This document shows, one piece after another, positions 57,234-64,000 of a stretch of DNA of 64,000 nt. A program made the position numbers and the translations under genes. Each line of letters opens with the position of its first letter. Position 1 is the stretch's first letter. This DNA comes from a virus: IMG/VR virus record IMGVR_UViG_3300045988_159773. One strand, 5' to 3'. Under the pieces are notes generated by a model. It saw nothing but the letters and a program-made list of their open reading frames with translations, was not told the DNA's origin and made no database searches.

Positions 57234-57838
57234 TCGATACCTCCCGCTAACTTCGTTACAGTATCCTTATACCCAAATTTCTTTATATCGTTGATGACAC
57301 CGCGATGCCAGACCAGCGTCTCCATCACTTCTTTGGACACAGGAACCGTAATATCACCGCCGCCATTGTCAAAATGCTCGGTGATAAACTTCGCTTTCTC
57401 TTCCCCAAAGATAGCGACCAGAGCCATGCCGAAACAACGGTACGCTGGCTCTCCGCCGTCCACACCGTTGCGCACCCTACAACCCCTCTTCATGAACCCG
57501 TTGTCAAGTATCAACTTTCCATTGTTATTAAGGCAGAACGGCATAATGGTGCATACGAATGATTTCAGTTTTGTTCCGTAGAACTTGCAATGACCGTTTG
57601 GTAACGCCAGTGGACAGCGTTTGCCGCGAATTGCCAACACCCGACCATACACAGGCAGAGATGGGTCAGCCGCTTTTAAGTCCGCCGCTTCGCGCTCTGT
57701 GAGCAGAACGACAGACGGTCCTGAACAGCACGCGCCATGACACACCCCTGCCGAGTATTCCGTCGAGCATAAAAACCGCTGGCGAGCAAACGCCGCGCTT
57801 ATACTTACTTTGCATTCGTCAACATTAAACAGCCCCAT
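57224..57838 (-). CDS. cysteine-cluster protein (YkgJ/UPF0153-like?)
   Basis: 204 aa. GVCHGACCSG, KRCPLALPNGHCKFY, FVCTIMPFC. Overlaps the polymerase start by 10 nt. Confidence 0.45.
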   Translation of the reverse strand: MGLFNVDECKVSISAAFARQRFLCSTEYSAGVCHGACCSGPSVVLLTEREAADLKAADPSLPVYGRVLAIRGKRCPLALPNGHCKFYGTKLKSFVCTIMPFCLNNNGKLILDNGFMKRGCRVRNGVDGGEPAYRCFGMALVAIFGEEKAKFITEHFDNGGGDITVPVSKEVMETLVWHRGVINDIKKFGYKDTVTKLAGGIECL

Positions 57839-58094
57839 CGTCCGCCTCGTTCTCCTCTTCCGCAGGGATTGCCTTGTAGAACTCCATCAGGTCACACCCG
57901 AAAACCTGCGCAAGGTTGTACAGGTTTACGAAAGTCGGAGTAGACATCCCGTGTACCCAATAGGAAATCCTCGACTGGGTGACTCCAATCTCACGCGACA
58001 AAACGCCCTGAGAGCCGCCCCACGCTTTGAACAACCTGTTAAAGTTGTATACGAAAAGCGGAAGTGCCGTTTCGTTTGTCAAAATGTTTTCCAT
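57825..58094 (-). CDS. XRE-family helix-turn-helix transcriptional regulator
   Basis: ORF 57825..58160; ATG 58094 follows GGAAGGAGATATC. ...QGVLSREIGVTQSRISYWVHGMSTPTFVNLYNLAQVFGCDLMEF. Confidence 0.7.
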   Translation of the reverse strand: MENILTNETALPLFVYNFNRLFKAWGGSQGVLSREIGVTQSRISYWVHGMSTPTFVNLYNLAQVFGCDLMEFYKAIPAEEENEADDGAV

Positions 58095-58124
58095 GATATC
58101 TCCTTCCATATGTTTAGTGTAGCA

Positions 58125-58177
58125 GTCGCACCCCGAAAATCGAGATGCGACTGACCACAAAATTAAATTGTCGCATC
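58125..58177. promoter_or_regulatory. three GTCGCA(T/C)C half-sites forming overlapping inverted repeats (candidate operator)
   Basis: GTCGCACC 58125-58132, GATGCGAC 58144-58151, GTCGCATC 58170-58177, in the 106-nt gap upstream of the XRE gene. Confidence 0.35.
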
Positions 58178-58200
58178 AGCCCACAGAGTGGGGATTGAGG

Positions 58201-59151
58201 CTAACGCCTCAATCCCATCCCCGTCATACGCGCCACGATTTGGTAAGCCGCCGCCAGAATCGTCATGCCGTAAGCCACGCGCTCGAACTGGTACTCCTCG
58301 TTGCCAGTGTTGCGGCTGCTTTCCTTATGCGTGTCATAATCGCTTGCCGCGAGGATTGCACCGTACGCCGTGCCTCTGAACCTTGCGATGTCTTCCTCTT
58401 CGTACGCCGCAGTAAGGTCGGTGATGATGCTCTGCTGACCGCGCGTAATCTTTTCCTCTTCGCCCTCGTTCGGAACCTCGATGCCCGCGAGCTCCTTCGT
58501 CAGAGCCTTGAACTGCTCGTCGCTGAAAGGCTGTTTCGCCAACAACTCAGCACGCGCACGCAACGCCTCGATGTATTGGTTGTTCTGCATAATGAGCTGC
58601 TTCGCGATGTCCAAGCGGTCTTTGACGTGCTTCGTGTGCGAGATGCGCAGTTTGACGATTCCGTTCTCATGTCCAGGTATCGGAATCATAAGTCCGTTTT
58701 CACAGACCAGCCGCATCGGGGTGAACATCGCGTTGATGCTTCCGCCACCGTCATGGCTGTTCGTGAACAGGATTGTCGGATACACTTCGTCTCCGCAGAT
58801 GTCAACGGACGGAGCCTCGCCGACCATGAACACGCGCTCACCCTTGTTGTATGTACCCGCCTTCGTAAAGGTGATACCCTCGCCCAGACAGTCGTCGATG
58901 AAATCGAAACCGTCTCTGTTCTGAACGACTTCGTAGCCGCCCTTTACGATGCCCAGCACCTGCTCGGTATCCGTGCGCACCGTTGCGAACTTGTTGGTGA
59001 TTTTCTTCTCGCCCGCGAGGAAAATCGGTCTCTTTTCAACCGTCCAGTCAAGTCCCGCTTTCGCGATAACTTCGTCGACCGAACTGCACCCTACGACTTC
59101 CGCGCCCATCTTTGCGTAATAAGGTTTACGCTCACTTGCCATCTGCTTCAT
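58201..59151 (-). CDS. DUF932 / phage-plasmid TIGR03299-like protein
   Basis: 316 aa; ATG after ACGGAGGA. ...LDWTVEKRPIF...FATVRTDTEQVLGIVKGGYEVVQN...ILFTNSHDGGGSINAMFTPMRLVCENG is the characteristic DUF932 layout. Confidence 0.6.
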   Translation of the reverse strand: MKQMASERKPYYAKMGAEVVGCSSVDEVIAKAGLDWTVEKRPIFLAGEKKITNKFATVRTDTEQVLGIVKGGYEVVQNRDGFDFIDDCLGEGITFTKAGTYNKGERVFMVGEAPSVDICGDEVYPTILFTNSHDGGGSINAMFTPMRLVCENGLMIPIPGHENGIVKLRISHTKHVKDRLDIAKQLIMQNNQYIEALRARAELLAKQPFSDEQFKALTKELAGIEVPNEGEEEKITRGQQSIITDLTAAYEEEDIARFRGTAYGAILAASDYDTHKESSRNTGNEEYQFERVAYGMTILAAAYQIVARMTGMGLRR

Positions 59152-59210
59152 TTGAAAAATCCTCCGTTGTTTTATTTATGTTCAAGCCGAAAAGCTCTAA
59201 CACACCAAAA

Positions 59211-59669
59211 TTACTCGTTAACTACTGTTACAAAACTGTCCACATAGCCCTGCAAGATTTCGAGTGCGTTTCCGATGACCGCGTTCTTTTCACGGATGAT
59301 GTACTCGGGAACGTGACGCTCGCGCTTCGCGTTTCTTTCAAGAGCCGTTTTCAAGCTCACTTTCACATAGCACAGCTCGACCCAGAAACCATACTCTTGC
59401 GCTTCCTTGATGATTCCGACAACGCGCTCCGCGTTCGTAGCCGTCGTATCATAAATAAAGTCTTCATCACCGCAAATCGCTTTCGTAAGCTCAATGCGCT
59501 CGAGCCTCTTGCTTTCTTCGTGAACCGCCGCAGGATTCAAAGGGTCGTATCCCTTGCACAACTTTTTCAACTCGTCGCAATCTATGGTTTTCAGACCTGC
59601 GTAACGTGCACGCGCTACCGTGCTTTTGCCCGCCCCGCTCAAACCTGCCATGATAACCATCTTTTTCAT
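59211..59669 (-). CDS. P-loop kinase (AAA_33 / zeta-toxin / polynucleotide-kinase-like)
   Basis: ORF 59211..59711; ATG 59669 follows GGAGGTTTCTT. MKKMVIMAGLSGAGKST Walker A. Confidence 0.55.
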   Translation of the reverse strand: MKKMVIMAGLSGAGKSTVARARYAGLKTIDCDELKKLCKGYDPLNPAAVHEESKRLERIELTKAICGDEDFIYDTTATNAERVVGIIKEAQEYGFWVELCYVKVSLKTALERNAKRERHVPEYIIREKNAVIGNALEILQGYVDSFVTVVNE

Positions 59670-59699
59670 AAGAAACCTCCAAACCTTGATTACGTGTTT

Positions 59700-59728
59700 A
59701 CTATACCACATTTTAATTGAGATTGCAA
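59700..59728 (-). promoter_or_regulatory. sigma-70-type promoter, cassette copy 3 (TTGCAA-17-TATAGT, TG extended)
   Basis: Minus strand AAACGCTTGCAATCTCAATTAAAATGTGGTATAGT with upstream TTTTAATTAAAAT. Confidence 0.65.
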
Positions 59729-59770
59729 GCGTTTAACCAAAATTTTATTTTAATTAAAATTAATTTTCAA

Positions 59771-59795
59771 TTTAAAAGCACGACCGAAGTCGTGC
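59771..59795 (-). terminator. intrinsic terminator after the ligase gene
   Basis: Minus strand GCACGAC-TTCG-GTCGTGC followed by TTTTAAATT. Confidence 0.75.
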
Positions 59796-59800
59796 CTTCA

Positions 59801-61090
59801 TCAATAAACTGATGTTTCGTCCTTGTCTGTTCGAATGATGTCAAGCCAGATTGGGAAACGGAGCGAACGCGAACCGTCCTTGTCGTACGATACCTCGAAA
59901 CATTTCAGCTCGACAATCTTGCCGATGAGCAGTTCGGGGTGCGCCCAGTACTTGTCACGCTGCTCGAACGTGAACCCAGAGCCGCATTTGGACGTATATG
60001 TCTTGCCGTCGATGTCGAACTCAACGTGGATACCGCCGAGAGTGCCGACCAGAGCTCCGATGCCTTCGAACACTCCCGTCACCCGCGCATCGACCGTCTT
60101 GAACTTCTTGACTTTGAGCAGGTCTCTCGTGCGCTTCGCCTGGTAAGGCGCGTCAGCCACATTAAGCATCAAGCCCTCCCAGCCGTTCTCCTGAGCGATA
60201 GCCGCCCACTCATTAATCTTCGATTGGTCGCTCCCCTCGTACAGGATGTCAACATTTGTAACCCACGACAGCTCACCATCCGCCGCAATACTCGCACTGA
60301 GTTTATGCTTACGCTCAATGCAAGTCTCCGCCGAGTATCCGTCAAGGAAGTCGCTTATCGGTAAACGGTCAAATACATGATAGACCAACCCCGACTTAAC
60401 GCCCTTGCTGTTTGCACTCGATACTGTAGCCCTGAACACATCTCCAGATGCGCCGTCTGCCTTGGCAATCAGCTCTCCGTCATATGCAACTCCGCGCTCT
60501 GCTATTGAAAGCAAGTCCGCCGCGACATCGGGAACCTCGCCGTAGTCCTGACCGTTGCGAGTAAAGAACTGCACCTCTCCGTTGTCGTGGACGAACGCCA
60601 CACAGCGAACCCCGTCCAACTTTTGCGTAACGATGAACTCCTTGCCGTCGAGGTGCTTCGGATTGTCGGCGAACGACTCCGCCAGCATTACTGCGAATAC
60701 CTTAATAAAGCCCTTGCCGTAAATCTTGTTCACCGTTGACGTATCAACACCGAATTTGAGCGATTTGGTGAACAACTGCAACAGCCAATCTCTATGCTCT
60801 GGAAAGCCGTTTGCATAATGGGAAACCACCGCAACGTCCTCCATTCTGCCTGTGTTATGCTTACGCAAATAGTTTAGAACTCCAACCAAGTCGAATGAAC
60901 GCTCTTGCCGAATATTTCCATACTTTTCGATTTTGTTCATCGAAATTCCTGTCACGACCATCGGGTCGAGTAAGAACTTGAGAACCTCAGTCCAAAGCTC
61001 GTTGTCCTTGTTCGCTTCGAGTATCGCCGCCTTTTCATTTCGGCTCGACGTCGCTTGCAGTTGCTCAATTATTTCCTTGATTCTTTCCAT
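59801..61090 (-). CDS. ATP-dependent DNA ligase
   Basis: 429 aa. VTQKLDGVRCV (motif I KxDG), WEGLMLN (motif IV), DLLKVKKF (motif V). Confidence 0.85.
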   Translation of the reverse strand: MERIKEIIEQLQATSSRNEKAAILEANKDNELWTEVLKFLLDPMVVTGISMNKIEKYGNIRQERSFDLVGVLNYLRKHNTGRMEDVAVVSHYANGFPEHRDWLLQLFTKSLKFGVDTSTVNKIYGKGFIKVFAVMLAESFADNPKHLDGKEFIVTQKLDGVRCVAFVHDNGEVQFFTRNGQDYGEVPDVAADLLSIAERGVAYDGELIAKADGASGDVFRATVSSANSKGVKSGLVYHVFDRLPISDFLDGYSAETCIERKHKLSASIAADGELSWVTNVDILYEGSDQSKINEWAAIAQENGWEGLMLNVADAPYQAKRTRDLLKVKKFKTVDARVTGVFEGIGALVGTLGGIHVEFDIDGKTYTSKCGSGFTFEQRDKYWAHPELLIGKIVELKCFEVSYDKDGSRSLRFPIWLDIIRTDKDETSVY

Positions 61091-61091
61091 T

Positions 61092-61559
61092 TTAACTCCT
61101 TAAAATTGTTTCGTTAATAATTGCCCGCAACTCGGAAACAGAAATCTCTCTATTTCCAACCGCAAGCATCCTTCGATTAAAAAGTTCCTTGTTTTTGAAG
61201 TCAATATTATAGCCGTCAAGCAAATAATCTCGTATCAACTCCATCGGAATAAAACCGTTGCCTCCCTTCATTTTTATCAACACGCATGCACTCCAAAACG
61301 CGCATAGCTCCGAAACCCAATGCTGAACCGCCGAGGACTTCGGGTCATCCGCAATCTTTTTAAGATGCGCCGCCCACTTATACCCAAAACTTGAAACCCT
61401 ATCTATTGCCGACCTACGATTAAATGCAAAATCCTTAAACGACACCGCACCACGACAATCAGTCACCATTGTAGCCTCGACAACCATTCCACGATTATTC
61501 ACGCTTGTAAGTCTAACCCTCTTTTCTTCCATAATAACTCCTTCAAAGTCGTCATTCAT
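61092..61559 (-). CDS. hypothetical protein
   Basis: 155-aa ORF, ATG start; 1-nt gap to the ligase gene. Confidence 0.55.
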   Translation of the reverse strand: MNDDFEGVIMEEKRVRLTSVNNRGMVVEATMVTDCRGAVSFKDFAFNRRSAIDRVSSFGYKWAAHLKKIADDPKSSAVQHWVSELCAFWSACVLIKMKGGNGFIPMELIRDYLLDGYNIDFKNKELFNRRMLAVGNREISVSELRAIINETILRS

Positions 61560-61578
61560 ATATACAATCCACGAAAGC

Positions 61579-61806
61579 CTAATTTACGCGCTGAACCGCC
61601 ACAAGACGATCAGCACCATAACGGCATCGGGGGTAAAGTTTACCCCCGCTTTCGATGTCCACGAATACAGTCTTGCCGCTCTTGTGATGTTCCACCGCCT
61701 TCACCGTCTGGGTTTCTCCGTAGTTGCAAATCATCACGTCCCCAGCCACCAGCTCGGCGGCGCGTATTGCGTTCCGCGCCCCGATTCCTTGCAAATGCAG
61801 TGTCAT
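61579..61806 (-). CDS. hypothetical protein
   Basis: 75-aa ORF; 4-nt overlap with the upstream gene. Confidence 0.5.
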   Translation of the reverse strand: MTLHLQGIGARNAIRAAELVAGDVMICNYGETQTVKAVEHHKSGKTVFVDIESGGKLYPRCRYGADRLVAVQRVN

Positions 61807-62117
61807 ACGCTCATCGCCTCCTTGACCTCAGCCAGCTCCTTCGAGTACATCGCCACCACGTTGTCGTAGTTCTTTTGCGCCCGCTCCTCGCTCATCATTC
61901 CGCTATTAATAAACATCTTGCGGTCGAAGTCCGCCATATCGATGTGTCCCTCAATCGCCGACACCCGCTCCGCAAGTGAGATTTCTCTCACTTGCGTCAA
62001 CGGATAGCCGCACCCGCACGCCTTCGCAATTGCGTCCTCTCTCGAGTCCGCACGCACGTCCTCAACGTGCGTGGTGCTTGTCATATTGTCTTTATACGCC
62101 AGACGGAAGTATCTCAT
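61803..62117 (-). CDS. hypothetical protein
   Basis: 104-aa ORF; TAATG-type coupling with the upstream gene. Confidence 0.5.
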   Translation of the reverse strand: MRYFRLAYKDNMTSTTHVEDVRADSREDAIAKACGCGYPLTQVREISLAERVSAIEGHIDMADFDRKMFINSGMMSEERAQKNYDNVVAMYSKELAEVKEAMSV

Positions 62118-63079
62118 TATCTCACCTCCGAAAAGCAGTGCGTTGCCGAGTAGTTGTCCGAACCATCGTCATAGGTCACCGTCTGATTGTCGCACACCTC
62201 GGTGTTGCGGGTTACGCGAAAGAACTTCTCGACCAACCATCTTGCGCGACCGTGGTCGTGCTTCCAATCGCCGTGCTCGATTTCAACGACAACATCGCCA
62301 TCATCGAGGTATGCGCCGCAGTGCATATCGTTCGCTTGCAGGTATTTGGAAACCTGCACGTCCAGCGGCTCGTCCGTTGCGCGGAGCAGATTAAGAGATG
62401 CCATATGGGATACTTTCTTGCCGTAGAACACCGCGTCCTCTTCGTTGTAGTACTTCGTGGTCACCGACGTGTACACATTGTCGAACACCTCGATGTCACA
62501 GGGGATTCCCAACTGATGGCAGGTGTCGCGGAAACGATAGTCATCATCCTTGTTGCGAATGACCGCCGCGAACTCGTACCCTCTCCAATTCATATGATGC
62601 GTCGATGCCTTACCAGCGTTCTTGCTGTTGTCGTAGTTGCCGACAGGAACGCCGCAGAAACGGCTGCCGAACTCGTCAGACGTAACCGTGCCGTCAAGTA
62701 TCGTATACACGTTGTCGATGTCGTACTCGACATATTCGTTCTTCTCGGAGTTGTACTCTTTGCGTGTCGTTGCCAACAAGGGAAAGCGACCGCCCTTCTT
62801 CACCGCGATATTCTCATACCACGCCGCGCACTCATAACCTCTGTCACAGTGCTCGAAATCCTCTTTTGCTACAAGCCAGCCGATGTGATGAACCATTCCG
62901 CTCATCGGTGACTTCGTGCACCATCTGCTGCCCGAATAAGACTCGGTGGTCATCTCGACCATTTCGCCGTCTTCCAGCTCGACCGTATATTTACCATCGG
63001 CATAACCGCGATACGTGCCGAACTCCATCTTGCCGTACTCAGTCCTTCTGAACCCGATTTTGTCGTTAACCTTAATCAT
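62117..63079 (-). CDS. hypothetical protein
   Basis: 320 aa; ATG after AAAGGAGAAACACATT. First gene after promoter cassette copy 1. Confidence 0.6.
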   Translation of the reverse strand: MIKVNDKIGFRRTEYGKMEFGTYRGYADGKYTVELEDGEMVEMTTESYSGSRWCTKSPMSGMVHHIGWLVAKEDFEHCDRGYECAAWYENIAVKKGGRFPLLATTRKEYNSEKNEYVEYDIDNVYTILDGTVTSDEFGSRFCGVPVGNYDNSKNAGKASTHHMNWRGYEFAAVIRNKDDDYRFRDTCHQLGIPCDIEVFDNVYTSVTTKYYNEEDAVFYGKKVSHMASLNLLRATDEPLDVQVSKYLQANDMHCGAYLDDGDVVVEIEHGDWKHDHGRARWLVEKFFRVTRNTEVCDNQTVTYDDGSDNYSATHCFSEVR

Positions 63080-63132
63080 AATGTGTTTCTCCTTTGAGGT
63101 CTGCGGGCATCCCCGCCTCCAACCTTGAGACT

Positions 63133-63161
63133 ATTATAGCACATTTTATTTAAGATTGCAA
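63133..63161 (-). promoter_or_regulatory. sigma-70-type promoter, cassette copy 1 (TTGCAA-17-TATAAT, TG extended)
   Basis: Minus strand AAACGCTTGCAATCTTAAATAAAATGTGCTATAAT with upstream TTTTAATTAAAAT. Confidence 0.7.
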
Positions 63162-63203
63162 GCGTTTACGCAAAAAATATTTTAATTAAAATTATTTTAT
63201 TTC

Positions 63204-63232
63204 AAAAGAAAACCGCCCCGAAAGGCGGCTTA
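63204..63232 (-). terminator. intrinsic terminator after the SbcC-like gene
   Basis: Minus strand CCGCC-TTTCGG-GGCGG followed by TTTTCTTTT. Confidence 0.7.
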
Positions 63233-63238
63233 TCTTTA

Positions 63239-64000
63239 TTAGAGTTGCAGGGTGGATATTCGGTCGGTCTTCGTCACCGTCCACGTCTTGTCCACAGGCA
63301 GGTACACATCGTCGTGGTGAGAGATAAAGAACGTCGAACTCAGTTCCAGACCAGACACCAACTCGATGAGTTGCTGCGCCGTTGCCTTGTCGCAGTTGTC
63401 GAGAATCTCGTCAAAGAACATAATGTTGGTTGTGAACCCGACCAAGTCCTCGAGCGTCTTTTTGAGCGCGAGAGTGATACACATCTTTACCACCTGACTC
63501 TCACCGCCAGACAGCACGCCGAAGTCACGCCCTCGATACGAAATCGAGATATTGTTGCCGTCGTCCTTGAAATCGATTTCCGTCGTGTCCAGCATCTTCT
63601 TGCAATACGACTTCGCATACGCGTCCAGCCGCTTGATAATGCTCGACAGTAAGATGGTTCTGAAGTCGCGGGTTGCGAACGAAATGACCTGGTTCAAGGT
63701 CGACAGTCTCGCCTGTTTCTTTTCAAGCTCTTCCGTCAGTTTCGACTTGCTCTCTTCCGCCGCCGCGATTTCTCCCTCAGCCCTCTTGATGTCGTCCAGA
63801 CACCCAGAGCGCACCGAATCCACCTCACCCAGCTGCACCTGCAAGCTCGATTCCTTCGACTTTGCCTCGCGCACTTCTGCCTCGCCGTTCGAAATCGTCG
63901 TCTTGCAAATAGACATCTTGGATGTGATTTCCGCTACACGAGGTCTGCACTCTCCGATGCTTTCTCTCAGCCCCTCAATCTCGTCGTTGGTCTGATTTTC
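63239..64000 (-). CDS. SbcC/Rad50-like recombination ATPase (T4 gp46-like), C-terminal part; gene continues past window end
   Basis: Frame is open from 64000. Coiled coil, then ABC signature VLSGGESQ, Walker B IMFFDEILD, and H-loop FFISHH. Confidence 0.7.
   Translation of the reverse strand, partial: ENQTNDEIEGLRESIGECRPRVAEITSKMSICKTTISNGEAEVREAKSKESSLQVQLGEVDSVRSGCLDDIKRAEGEIAAAEESKSKLTEELEKKQARLSTLNQVISFATRDFRTILLSSIIKRLDAYAKSYCKKMLDTTEIDFKDDGNNISISYRGRDFGVLSGGESQVVKMCITLALKKTLEDLVGFTTNIMFFDEILDNCDKATAQQLIELVSGLELSSTFFISHHDDVYLPVDKTWTVTKTDRISTLQL

Overview
This window is a contiguous piece of a tailed dsDNA phage genome (contractile-tail type, about 48-50% GC, strong GGAGG Shine-Dalgarno sites). 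About 85 tightly packed genes lie on the minus strand and one gene lies on the plus strand. In minus-strand transcription order (high to low coordinates) it contains four blocks. (1) Replication, recombination and repair: SbcC/Rad50-like ATPase, ATP-dependent DNA ligase, P-loop kinase, DUF932, XRE regulator, family A DNA polymerase, resolvase-like nucleases, SNF2 helicase. (2) Tail fibre and baseplate genes, then scaffold, decoration and major capsid. (3) A second replication block: primase, flap endonuclease, Pif1/Dda-like helicase, and a gp7/Mu F head-morphogenesis gene. (4) Portal, sheath/tube-like genes, large terminase, chaperone with frameshift, tape measure and baseplate. The accessory content is unusual. 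There are five homing-endonuclease-like genes (2 GIY-YIG, 3 PD-(D/E)XK/Vsr-like). There is an intein in the conserved NCRC motif of the gp7/Mu F gene, and its interior is the codon-aligned antisense of one of those endonuclease genes, which is the only plus-strand gene. There is an RNA locus at 52.57-53.83 kb with a canonical tRNA-Pro(UGG), an 82-nt RNA that looks like the tRNA-like domain of tmRNA without any tag-coding domain, a 79-nt alanine-identity tRNA-like RNA with no anticodon loop, and a roughly 210-nt structured ORF-free leader. I also see a recurrent late-promoter-like motif (GTTATTNTAA, 15 copies), three copies of a sigma-70-type promoter cassette, a -1 frameshift site in the tail chaperone, a DUF2829/Tad2-like gene, and an in-frame TAG six codons after a consensus translation start. 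All functional calls come from motifs read by eye. No searches were run.
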